The notes under the pieces: model-generated
Databases searched by the model: none
What the model was told of the DNA's origin: nothing
Seen by the model: the letters and a program-made list of their open reading frames with translations, nothing else
Made by a program: the position numbers and the translations under genes
DNA from: Thalia democratica
Lineage: Eukaryota
Reading direction: 5' to 3'
DNA length: 64,000 bases
NCBI GenBank assembly: GCA_965202585.1
Contig: OZ241834.1
Location: forward strand, 10,912,001-10,976,000
In this document: one piece after another, positions 1 through 12,353 of the stretch
How positions within the stretch are numbered: the first letter of the stretch is position 1
Layout: each line of letters begins with the position of its first letter

Positions 1-170
1 ATTTAAATTTTCAACAAGTTTACCCTTTTTAATTACCTAGTTGATGTATCATTTTCGTCAAAGCTCTATTCACGCTTTTTATAAGTTATAATGTTTTAAC
101 TAAAACTATACTTACATGTTAGAAAACTTTATACTCTTTAATGTATACTACTTTAGACCAGTTAACAAAC

Positions 171-3100
171 CATGCCGTAAAGACCGCACAAGACCAGAAC
201 AACGTACGGAGTCCAGGCAACGGCGAAACTGACCACCGCCCAGATAGTGGCTCTGATGACCGCTATCTCTCTGAGAAGCAGCGACTCCCTCATGCTGCAA
301 CTGAAACGAGGCGAACTTGGATTGTAGCTCAACCCTGTCTTGCGTCGCCTTCTTATCATGGACAAGGTGTCGAGGTGGCAGTATGTGATGATTGCTACAG
401 GAACTGTGAAAATATAAAGGTTGTAAGCTGAAGTTGTAACTGCTGTACACAATACTGTGTTTAGAGTTTTGTTGTAAACAAAACAACAATTGAAATTTAG
501 AAAATATATTTCCAAACAAGTCCATAAATACTTAAATGCTCTATACAAGCTGTGTTGATGATTTACTTGCTAAATTATAAAAAAATGGTAAAAAAAGCTA
601 ATAAATTGATTTTGTTTTTGTACTACAGGAATTGTTATTTATTTTCAGTACACTATTTCATTACCAGTAAAGAAAATGATTGAAGCATTTTGATGCTTGC
701 AAAGTTAACCTTTGCAAAAAACTAAATACAATTTTTGTATAAAAAATAACGACACATACTTTGCACTTTAATTGGAATTTAGTAAGAAATAAATATTCAT
801 AAATTTATATCTAAGTTGATATAATATTCTTAAGCTTAGTTGTATAAAGTAGTAGTTGATAAAGGTATACTAAAAAGTATATAAAGAACTTCAATAAAAA
901 CGTTAAGTATTCGCACTATTTTTCTTACAAAATTTGTATGTACTCCAAATAAGTTACTTAGCAAATAAAAATTTACTTCAACGATATTACTCGTTAAAAC
1001 CCACCAAAACTCTTGGTTTTTTTTCTGTTTCAGTAGCTAAAATTATTTAACTAATCTTATCTTTTGTTAGGGTTAGAATTTTTAGAGATGTAAGAGTTAG
1101 AACAATAGATATTTCATTTTATTTTTAGTTTTGTTATTAATATTACTAATGAAAACGATTAAAAACCTTTAAATTTTGGCCAAAGATTTAAAAAAAATAC
1201 TAATTAAGGTTTATAATAGGGGTCAACAGCACTTTATAAAGATTAAAGGACAGATAAATATAATAAACCATTGATAATCATAGCTTTCTCAAGACAATGT
1301 TTTTTTGTGAAACCATTTTCCAAAATAATGTTATAAGTTTAGCACTATAATTTTATTAAAATATAAAAGAATAAGCCATATTTCACAAGTACAATTACAC
1401 CATAACGAAATTGTAAATTATAAATAATAAACTCAACTATTTTTTTAAATATTTCTACAATTTTATTAGTAAAATAATTTGCGTGCTATAGTGTACCGAC
1501 CCCTGAACTATAAAAACGTAAACATAAATTTGAGGTGAAGAAATAAAAAATGTATATTAGAACAATTATTAGAGTCTGTGCTTAAGAGTTTATTTATTTT
1601 ATCTACCCGTGTTTATATATGCTTGTTTTTTAGGTAATGTATAACAAAAAAGTCAGTTCAAATATTTTCCTAAATGTAATTTAAAAGGAAGACAACATAA
1701 AAAAATTAAAAGTAATGCTAAATAAATCTAATACAGACAAATACGAATGGTAATAATATGAATCCAAAAAATTAAAAGTAAAAAGTAGTTCATTAGACAA
1801 TAGTTTTTGATATTAAGTTCTCTAAAAATTTGGTTGAAATGCTTGTAATAATTTTATACTTTGAAACTTACTTACAAATCCAAAAGAAATAATAGTGTAA
1901 ACAAAAATATGGTTTTTGATGCTTCTATCCAAGTAGTTAAAAGTACAGCTCACACCGAGCCCATCAAGAAAAAATGAACCAAACCCGAAATAAGGAAATG
2001 AACTCACAAGTATTCTGAAAATAAAACTAAGTTTAGAGGCTAAAAAAAGTAACCAATTTATTATCGAATAGAAGTACATAATCGCTTAAAGTAAAAAAAG
2101 TTTTTTTTAGTTTGTATTTTTATTGATTGAAAACGATAAACAAAGAAAAAAAACTTAACTGTTAATTGAAAAGTTAAGCTTAATAAATAGTTGTTTTTGA
2201 AATATAGCTTATGTAACGTTTAAAAGGAGCTACTTTTAAAACTAGCCAAAGAAAGTTCTAAAATATCTGAAATTTTAGAGCAAAGTTTTTAATTTTGTTT
2301 TAACAAAAATTGTTTGTTGAAGTACAATGCAAGAAAATTATTTTTACCAAAAGTATAGCAAGTTTAGTAAAAATTATTAAAAGTATTAGATTTTGATCTA
2401 TTAACTGTCCTGGACAAGACATTAAAAGGAATCCGTGGTGTGCGACTCGATAACCGAAAGGTTTTCGTGCACCAGGTCCTAGGACCAAATATCTTGAGCG
2501 TATTTTTTGTCGTTCAATAAACTATGTATGTAAATTTGAATTACTTAATTAACATTATTGTGATTCTTTTTTATTTTTTTTATAAATCTCACAAAAGTAA
2601 CATATAAAAATATGTTTGAATGTTTAGCAAAAAAACTAATAACTTTCTTAGAAGATTTCAAATAAAGAAGTTTAACTTTAAAAAAAGTATTACTAGCAGA
2701 AACCAACTTTAGTTGTAAGCGATTAATTTTAAATCTATACTAGAAAATAAGTAGTTTAGTTCTTTCATTTATATATTTAATATGAAAAATATTTTTGAGC
2801 ATAAATTTAAATGTTTATAACTTAGTAATTTTTTCTATTTAAAATAACGTTTGAAATATTTACTTATCTAAAAATTTACACCTTTTACAATTTATATTTA
2901 CTAAAAGTCAGGTTTTTCTGGATTTTTAAAATATTGTTTTCATACAACTTGTTGTTGTTGGTCGTGTGGTGAAGTTCATAAATTATTATTTATAAGAAGA
3001 AAATAAATAATTTTTAATTTTTATCAGACTTAGCAATAAAACAAATTCAACTGTAAATTTTATGTTAAGCTGTTTTTAACATTTAAAATAGCTGCTAAAA

Positions 3101-6100
3101 TACAAAATTGATCCCCTGCCAAGTAAATGAACATATAAAAATCGAAATACTTTTGCATCTGAGTAATTCCAGGCTAAACTTTTTTGAGAATTACAGATTT
3201 TTTGACGTAAATACAAATCGGTATTTTATATACTTTTTATTAAAACTAAACTATTTGGTAAAGTGTTGAGCGGTATTTAATAAAGCATTTGCCAAAAAAG
3301 CAAAAAATAATGTACTTGACATAAAAACCAAAGCTAAAATAAAAACATTAAGATAGTCTAATATTTAAAACAAAACTGAATTACTCAATTAAAATAATAA
3401 TAATTAACTAAAACAAAAATTAATTACAACAGTATTAAAATTTAACTAGCTTTTATCTTAAAATTAAGAAAACAAAGGATTCTTAAACCAGTTTATATTT
3501 TAATTTTTTTTTTTTTATTATTAAAAAAAATTGCTATCGTGTTGTTGAGAAAATTAAAACAAAACAGTATTCAAACATTAAAACTTTTCCATGTCTTGTG
3601 ATAACAATTTTACTGAAGCAATACAAATTTATTTAATTAGTGTTTAACTTAGAGGTGTCTTTTTTGATTGCAAAAATATGTTCAAAAGTTTTTAACTGTT
3701 TACTCGATTATGTGATTATTTAACAATTTATTTTAGTACAAGAGAAATCTAAAAATAATACATGTAAAACTTCTAAGTATATAACAATTAGAAATTATTT
3801 ACTTGAACAAAATTGTTTGTACGACCATTTTCTAAACTTTTTGTTACATAAAACCAAAAATATAAAACTATAACTTAATTAACTTAAAACTTCAATGCAG
3901 TAAAATATATAAAATATAAAGTTAAGCGTTTTTATAAACTTTAAAATTGTTAAAAAACCAACTACTTAATTAAAAATAGTAATGTAGTTTTTTTAAACTA
4001 ATTCAAAGATTACTTTACTATAACATAACTTTGCTAATATTAGCGACTCATCGGAAGCCAATAGTCTATTAATACTATTGAATTTTATAGTTTTTATTTG
4101 TTATTTGTAAAATTTCTATTACTGCCACACGATACAATAAATTATTTGTTCAAAAAATCTTGTTCTTGGTAAAGTAATCGATTAACGTTGAGAAAATACA
4201 CAATATTAAGTGATGTTTGTATAACTTTGTTTCCTACTAAGTTTCGACGCAATGCACCTAATTCCCTAATGTAAAAATGAAAGAAACATGTATACTATGA
4301 TCTTTTACATACTAAAAACTTATAATAAACACAGGAAAATAAGTATAAACTATACAAAAGTAATACAAAACATTTAAATAGAGTAAAACAATTAGACCTG
4401 GATGTTTAGATTTGGAAAGAAAAAAACATTATATCTTCTTCAAGGAATTCTAGAAAACAAAACAAAAAAAAAACAGTTAATTAAAATTCATCTAAAATGT
4501 ACGTTACGGCAGTAATAAAAGTAATTGAAAATATTTTGAAACTACTAAGTCATAGTTAGTTATGATTTATACAATTATTATTTATATATCAAGTATATGA
4601 GATTGTTTTTATACAACAAGATGTGTTCTTTAAATAAAACACTTTAAACTAGAATTGTATGCTTACAAAAACATCTAAAGTTTAGTTACAAACGAAGTTA
4701 TAAATAAAAGACCAAAATAAATAATCCGCTTTTGAACAAAATTTACTTTTTCAGTACTTATTTAGTAAAATTATCAACGTTTTTATGTGTCACTTAAAAA
4801 AAAAGTTCGGAAGAGTACAAAGCATTAACATAAACATGGTTGTATAGAAGATTTAAACATATATGAAATGATTGTGTTTAAATGTGTTTTTTTTACGATT
4901 ACATACAAATATATAGAAACTGAACATAAACAGTAACAGAACAGTATGATAAAAATTAATATAAACATATTTACAGGGTCCAGAATAATTTGTAATTCTA
5001 ACATCTAATATACATTATAAAAAGGTTATATTATGATTTTTTGCACTATCGTTGTTTTAAGTTTGTCTAGCTAAGTTATTAAATAAACTGAGCGGATTAT
5101 ATTTTGCACGTTTTTAGTAACTTAATTACCATAAATGAGATTAGTCATCTGTTATTTTTTATTACACACCCATTTGTTCTACCGTTGTTTTAGGATAACT
5201 TTTAACTTTTTTAAACATAAAACATAACTACCCTCTTCATATGGATTATATTATTCTAAACTTTAAATCAGTTACAATAAAGTTTAAAAACTAACTAATT
5301 TTAGTAGTTTTTATGTTTAAAAATAGTTGTAAAATAAAGATTTAAACTTAATTTCAAGCATGTTAGGTAAATTTGAAAATCAGAACTTTATATATATGTT
5401 TTGTTTCTTAAACGAAAAAAAACCGCTTAAAATATTTGGTCTTAGGACCTGGTACGCGAAAAAATATTTCGGTTATGGAGTTGCACACGACTTGGATACC
5501 TTTTAACGTCTTGTCCAGGACATATATATATAAATTATTCTGTTATTAAAATCTATTCCGTCATTAAAATTAAAAATAATTAAAAACGTGATAATTAAAA
5601 ATAAATAATTTATATATCTAATAAAATTAAAAACAAATACTTTTATAAATTCTACGATGAATATTTTTCATTATTAGCTTTATTACAAAGTATGTAATCA
5701 TTAATAAGTTAACATACTTACGATAGCATCCAAACGATTGTTGTGTTTTTATAATACGTAGCCATTCGTGGTTGGTACGTGCTGTAGTGTTTAACTGCAC
5801 TTTTTCTTTCAATTGCTATCGTGGTCAAGGTGAATATTTGTGAATACGCGAATATCGAGTCCACAAATGCGACGTAGAAGCATGCTGTGATTTGTAACAT
5901 TTTTACATTGAGATGTCAATTTAGTTTAATAAAACGTTTTAGATTTTTTAGTATTTGCTGTAGTTATAATATAATATAATGAACAACATAGTTGCCCTAA
6001 TTTTTTTAGCTTTCATGTAAAACAGTTTAAGAAAAAAAACTAACAGGGTAAATCTAAACTTAATTTCTAAATGAATGTAAAAGTGTTCTAATAACTTTAT

Positions 6101-9100
6101 GAAACAAGTTATATATAACTAAACATTCAAGATGAAAAACATTAAGTAACTTAAAAAAAGCAAAAATGTTATTTTAAGGTACTAAAACGTTTAAGTTTAC
6201 GATGTTTCTTTGGTAGTTTAGTTACACAGTTAGAAAATTTACATAAGTTTAAGTTTGATAAATACTAATTAATTTAAGAACTAAAAACCAAAACAAAATA
6301 CATAATTGAAAAAAGGCTGCTTTTTTAAACGGTTTAATGTTACAAAATTTATAAAAAACTTATAATAAATAGACCTTTATCCGAAGTTTGAAAGCTCTAA
6401 TTAAGGTGATAAAATGTTAGCTTTAAGATTAAGAAAATTTATGTAAACAAAACATAGTCTTGTAAACCCTAACATTTTAAAGGACTAAATATAGTTCTTT
6501 TTAAATGTAAAAAACAAACTATCAAAATTCAATTATGAGAAATTAAAATTAAAAAGTAAAAATAGTAACAAAGACGATGTTACCAATGTTCAAAACTACG
6601 TGCATTCGATTGACGTATAAGAACAACAGCGGTATAATTGATTATTAAATAGCAAATTAATATTACAAGCAGAAAACACACTACTACCCGTACCGTTAGA
6701 GCACTAATAAGTATGTTTTGTTCTTAAGCATAGGAGTTGTAGACAAAGCTGTTACATTTTTTTATTGATCATGCTTACCGATGATGTTTTTTTGTTTTAT
6801 TATTTAAAAGCACGAACCATGCTTTCCCAACTTCCACCTTCTCTGCACACACGAATACAGGATGAGCGGAAAATGAATACAGATGCCCATGTCGGCTATT
6901 GTGAGCGATAGAAGGGGCATGTTCAAGAGGCGTGATGGTCTTTTGTAAAATATTCTGAAATTTTTATTGTATTTCAATCACTGGAGTCAAAACACCGCAG
7001 ACGTAGTTCAGAACATGCGTCATTCAGTGACGAGTCGCTTTCTAGTGTTATGTAATTTTAAGTGGTGTTTTATTAGAATTTTGCTGAGCACTGTACTTTT
7101 AGACTTTTTTTTCACAGAAAAAAACATTATGAGTATAAAAATTTTTACTTCTGTTTAAAAGACTTGTTAGCTATAATATAAAATAAACTAATGTCTACAA
7201 ACTGTTTAAAAAAGTTTACAACTTTTATTGTACTTTCAGTGAAAAGTTTAAGTACCTCAAACTTTGTAAATTAAAACTTTAAAAAAGATTAACTTGCTAA
7301 AATTTAAATTAGTTTGAACTGAGAGTAATATTGTAATTAAACAAAAATCAGTAGACTACAGTACAATATATTTGTTTTTCAAAAGTGTTAAAGGTTAAAA
7401 AGTATGTAAATATTTAAATATCTATAATTATAAAAACTATTATTTTTATACAATTGAAAAGTAGCGAAAAAAATGACTTGTTACAGCATTTATAAATCTA
7501 TGCAATAGAACAAAAATTAGCTATAATTGTATATTTACTTGTTCTTTTATAACTAAGTTTGGAGTGTGAGAAAAAATAAAGTTTTTTTAACCGATTAGTT
7601 CTGCATTAACTATTCTAAATTATGTAAAACTGGACCTTAGTTTAAATAAAATGCACAGAAATCAAGTTATGTCTAAAAACTTTTGAAGGGTTATTTTAAA
7701 TTTTCGGCAGCTTTACTAAGAGTTTTCAAGGTATTTTAAGTTTTAAATCATAAATTTAATGCTTTTAAATTGCGTTATTAGAGCAAATTTAATAAATATC
7801 CGTTTCTACTAAATCGTTTGAAGTTGATAAGCTTTTAAATAACATATAACATAACTTCCGCTGTTTTTAAGAAATTTTAAGAGCTTTATTTAAAACATAG
7901 TTTATTTTATGTGTATCATTTTACCATACTAATTACTTTAAACAAACTTAAATGGTTGTTTTAAAGTTTTACTTAAAATAAGAAAAAAATGACTTTTTTG
8001 AAATGATATTTTCTAACGACCTATTAAAAGCAACAGTTTTCATAATTATTTAATTTGAAAACGTTCTAGGTTTCATACTGTTTTGATTTTACAATAGTTG
8101 TAAACAATAAAAAATTGTAAAATAAATTTTAATTTAACTATTCTGTAAAGATTAATCATAAAATATGATGTATTACGTCAAAATAAATCAATCGAACTTT
8201 TGTACGTTTTTATATACATAATAAAATTTAAGCATAAAACCTCTGGTAAATTAACGCAGCTCTTTTTTAATTTTTTTATTTATTTATAAAACTTTAATGG
8301 TTGATTAAATTTTTTTATAAAGATAAAGAAACTGTAGCTAAACTTATTAAACTTTTTATGCATTCAGTCTTTTTGGATCAATTAGTTCTAAATTAAACCT
8401 GTTTTTTTTAACTAAATATGAAAACAACTATACTTCTTAAAAATTGTTAAGTTAATGTATGTAATACACCTAGAAACCTTAAAAGTTTTTCAACATAAAT
8501 TCGACTACATTTTAAATAAAAACAATTAAAAATTTATAAGATTTTTTACATACAACCGTTTCTAATTTCTGCTTCTTAAGCTTTGTTTGTTATGAGCTTT
8601 TTTTATAACGTACCATATAGAAAATATATTAGTGGTTTAGACTTTAATTAGTTTTTAATTAGTTACTAAGCATCTGATATTTTTTTGAAACAGTTGTTTC
8701 TTGCTAATTTTAAACATAGTTTATATTTTCAATTTAAAAGTAGTTATAATATAATGATTGTTGTTTATTTGAAATAAATTATACCACTAATTCACGTGTG
8801 CATAAAATAACTATGAACAACAAATTTTACTATGTAAAGTTTATAAAAATAAAGAGAACCACTTTCGTTTATAAACATTACACAACACTAGCTTAGTGTT
8901 GACCAATTTTCGAAACTTTTTCTTATAGTTGAAAGCGTGGATGTTTATATAAAGTTAGTATTTTTCTGAGAAACCTTAATAAATAATTTATAGTAGAAAA
9001 AAAAGGAAACGGGTGACACTTTACTTAATTAAAAGAGCACTTAGCTTAATTTAATCAAAGTAGTTTATAAACAGGTTACAGTTTTATAACTACGCAAAGA

Positions 9101-10937
9101 AGGTTTTTCTATTAATTGGAAAAACATCAACAACAAAACAAAAATAAACAAAAACAGCTGATAACTTCTCAAAAAAAAAACATTTGTTTTGCCTTGTGTT
9201 TACGAATATCAAAAATGCTATATATACTTTTTTGTCTTGAAACAAACTTTCGCGTGATATTTGTAGTAATTTTTGTGAGCCATACAAACATACAAAAAAA
9301 ACTTGTCTTCTGTTTTTCTTCAGCTTAAATAAAAAACTAAAGATTCTTAATATAATTAAAAGTCTATTATTGTAACTCTGAAACAAAAACATTTTTGAAC
9401 ATATAGAAAATTTAGGTAGTAGCATAAATAAACTAAATCTGATGAAGCTTAAACTTTTCTAGGATTGAAAAAAAAAATAAGTTACTTGTTTTAGTAGTGC
9501 TTGAGGAGAATTCAAGCTTAAAAAAGGTTAACTAGGAACAAAAAATAGTTTTACTAAAAATATGCTAATGTTATCAAAGTGTGGCGAAAATTACTTTCGC
9601 TGTAAAAAAAATAGTCTAAAAGCTAAATGAATTTTTCAGCAGGTTTTTTTTTGTTAGTTTATATCTATATTTTATGTTTTAAATACTAGTAAAATACAAC
9701 TTAATCCGTATCATTGCAAGAACTCATTAGAGAAAAAAAACCTTATAAATAACATTGCTTAAAATACTTTAAAATTTTACATCTGAATATTATTTCAAAT
9801 TTTTAAACTGAAAAGTTTAAAATTTTTGGTAATATTTGGTTTAGTTTTCGCTCTGCATAATATTTTTATTTATTTAAAAAAGTTAGCGTGATCTACTTCT
9901 AACAAAAGCAAAGAAAACCAACAACCGTGATTTCACAGTCAATATATTTAATTTAAAATAATTTAAGCTTTAAAATAAAATAACAAAAGTAAAACAACAT
10001 TTCAAAAAACTTGTATTATCAATTTTTATAAATAAAGGACTTTCATTTTTTAGTTTTTTGTAATAAAATTAGTTAGATATAAAAAAATATTTTTAATAAA
10101 GTGTTTATTTGCGTTAATAGTTGGTATAACCGCTGAAAAATTGTAAGAAATTTAAAGTATAATGTTTTTGTTTATATTATATATAATCTTTTACTGCAAT
10201 ATTTTATTTGCAATGAAACACTCTACCAATAGAAAAATTTTTAAAGACAATATATACAGTTCAAGTTTTTTTTTTTCAAAGTTAATAATATTTTAAAAGT
10301 TTCTGTTTTAAATGTTAAAATAAGTAAAGTTGTTAACACAAATATCACTTGTCTTCATTTTCTTTTCTTTATTAACGTAATATTCGATAACCGAAAGGTT
10401 CCTTTGTGCACCAGGTCCTTAGACCAAACTTTTTGAGCGCTTATTATCGTTCAATAAAAAATATATATGTTTATGCTAGATCTCTCAGTGTGCTACATAA
10501 TTTAATTTTTAATCAAATTTTTTGTGTTAAGTTGTTAGTCTAATGAAATCAAGAGAAAAATTGTACGTTTCTTTTACTTTGGATATTGTGTTAAACGTAT
10601 TTTAAAACACCTACTATTTCAAAAAAAGACTTCTTCTATAGTAATTTTTACTTAAATTTTATCTTTCGATTCACTGAGTTATAACACAGTTTATCTATTT
10701 TATCCTTATAAAAACAAGCTTGACAACTTTATATTTTCACTAACTTTAATGTTTTACTGATAATTTAACCTTCACTAACTTTTTGTAAAATAAAAGAATG
10801 CAGAAGTTGCATGTTAAAGCGGGCAGTCCAATCATAAACACAAGAGTGGCGATGAGGTCATACCACCTGTCATCAACCTGTACAACATTAGTGTTCCATT
10901 CGTCCAAAGAACTGTAGTTGAAAGTTCTGTTCGTCAT
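171..10937 (-). CDS. Opsin-family class A GPCR, 3'-partial (TM1-TM6; TM7 exon presumably beyond the left edge)
   Basis: Exons 10780-10937, 6818-6954, 5722-5884, 1872-2014, 171-403, all GT-AG with matching phases (2,1,2,1,0). Joined protein: MTNRTFNYSSLDEW..WYDLIATLVFMIGLPALTCNFCILLFYKK/IFYKRPSRLLNMPLLSLTIADMGICIHFPLILYSCVQRRWKLGKH/ACFYVAFVDSIFAYSQIFTLTTIAIERK..IVWMLS/ILVSSFPYFGFGSFFLDGLGVSCTFNYLDRSIKNHIFVYTIISFGFV/IPVAIITYCH..REIAVIRATIWAVVSFAVAWTPYVVLVLCGLYGM. Shows N-glycosylation sites, TM2 LxxAD, TM3 Cys, an opsin-like ECL2 (GFG.F..DG.G.SC) and TM6 WTPY. The retinal-binding Lys is not visible; the last donor (170) is the least certain. Confidence 0.85.
1217..1505. mobile_element. Old hAT-type MITE in opsin intron 4
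   Basis: Ends taggggtcaac... and ...ccgacccctg; 8-bp flanks gtttataa / aactataa (5/8 match, both nnnTAnnn). Confidence 0.4.
2406..2521 (+). repeat. Structured ~120-nt interspersed repeat (SINE-like), copy A
   Basis: tgtcctggacaagac..tggtgtgcgactcgataaccgaaaggttttcgtgcaccaggtcctaggacc..ttgagcg..cgttcaataaa; homologous copies at 5423-5523(-), 10383-10458(+), 12297-12353(+), 42639-42758(-). Confidence 0.8.
5423..5523 (-). repeat. Structured SINE-like repeat, copy B
   Basis: Reverse complement reads tgtcctggacaagacgttaaaaggtatcc..gtgtgcaactccataaccgaaa..cgcgtaccaggtcctaagaccaaatatttt, aligning to copy A. Confidence 0.75.
10383..10458 (+). repeat. Structured SINE-like repeat, copy C (5'-truncated)
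   Basis: tcgataaccgaaaggttcctttgtgcaccaggtccttagaccaaactttttgagcgcttattatcgttcaataaa. Confidence 0.75.
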
Positions 10938-11902
10938 GATCTCACTGTCTGAAGCCGTAAATACGTGAAATAAAAACAAGCTAATGGCTTTTAAAGTTCA
11001 TTCTCTGTTCTTTTTTTATTCAGCGATTTCTCTTCTAAAAATTTATCTTTTGGAAATTTTTGTTTTGCGTAAACTATTTTTCACCGAAAAATACTTCAAG
11101 TTTGTGTTGTTGTGTAAGCTGTTTAAACTTGCAACTAAAATAAAACATGTTTTTTAAATGTAATAGTGTTAAATTTTTTTGCTGTTCTGATTGGACTTTT
11201 TTTTTGTTCATAGGCTTAAGGAAAAAAAAATATTTTGATAATGTAATTAAAAAATTTGATATTTTAAATAAAACGTACGAAATTCCTACTAAATATTAAT
11301 CTACATATTATTATTGATACATTAGTACCATTATTCTATTGACTTTTGATAAAAAATATATTTTACTTTTGTCGTATAATTTTTTGTATTTCCCTTACTG
11401 TAGCTGTTTCAAACATTTTTAAGTTTTTAAAAAGAATAAGATTTTTTTACTTCCCCTTTTTTTTTAAGTTATACTAAGTAAATTATGGAAATAACGTTTT
11501 TTTTTTCAGTTTGGATATTTATAAATATAACCTTTATCAATTTTATATTTTCAATTTGAATGTGTATTTATTTTGAGATTTTGTATATAATTATTAGTCT
11601 TTTTGAAACAAACACGAAGTATTTATACTCAAAAAAAGATATATATAAAGAAATAACTTGGTATAGTTAAACGAATAAAGTTTTTAGTCACTGAGTATTT
11701 TAATAAACTCGTGTAACAGAATAAACAGCTAATCCTTTTTTTACTTATTTTCCTCTCATGATTCAAAAAACTTAAAAAGTAATTATTTTAGACTTGGTAA
11801 AAAAAATATATGAGAAGTTTTATTAGAATTGATTTAAAATCATAAACGTTTAGCTCCATAAATTAAGTTATGAATAATAGTTATAAAAAAATGTTGATTT
11901 AT

Positions 11903-12245
11903 CAACACACAGAAACATATGTTGGTACAATAAAGGAAGATTGCTGTATAATTTGTTTTTATAATATAAGTTATAACTGTTCAAAATATAAATTTAAGTG
12001 TTTGTTAACAAAAGATCCTAGTGAAACAAGTTCACTGGAATATATAATAAATACAAATTATACAGTATCTTCTTTTATTGCACCGACGTATGTTTACACC
12101 ACACATGTATACACATACCTTAGCTTCTATTCTTTTCTTTTACAGTATTAATTTTTTTACAGAACCCAGTTGAAGTGTGTTAATCCGTTAACACACAGAA
12201 ACATATGTCGGTGCAATAAAAGAATATACTGTATAATTTATATTT
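11903..12245. repeat. Short inverted/direct repeat triplet (~45-bp unit; MITE-like)
   Basis: acacacagaaacatatgttggtacaataaaggaagattgctgtataattt (~11903-11953), inverted copy aaattatacagtatcttcttttattgcaccgacgtatgttt (~12055-12095), direct copy again at ~12192-12240. Confidence 0.6.
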
Positions 12246-12296
12246 ATTAAATTAAGTTATACTACATATACAGCTTTATATAATAATGTTATGTAA

Positions 12297-12353
12297 GACT
12301 CGATAACCGAAAGGTTTTTACGTACACCAAGTTCTTAGACTAGACTTTTTGAG
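12297..12353 (+). repeat. Structured SINE-like repeat, copy D (degenerate)
   Basis: gactcgataaccgaaaggtttttacgtacaccaagttcttagactagactttttgag. Confidence 0.65.

Noticed and set aside
141-525. ORFs 141-431(+) and 148-525(-)
   Set aside because: Antisense and alternate-frame shadows of GC-rich opsin exon 5; the 162-548 frame carries the GPCR motifs and splices in phase.
7200-10300. AT-rich ORFs such as 9090-9425, and others at 11870, 13655, 29416, 39369, 53966
   Set aside because: Low-complexity F/K/I/L-rich translations expected by chance; no splice-consistent or motif support.
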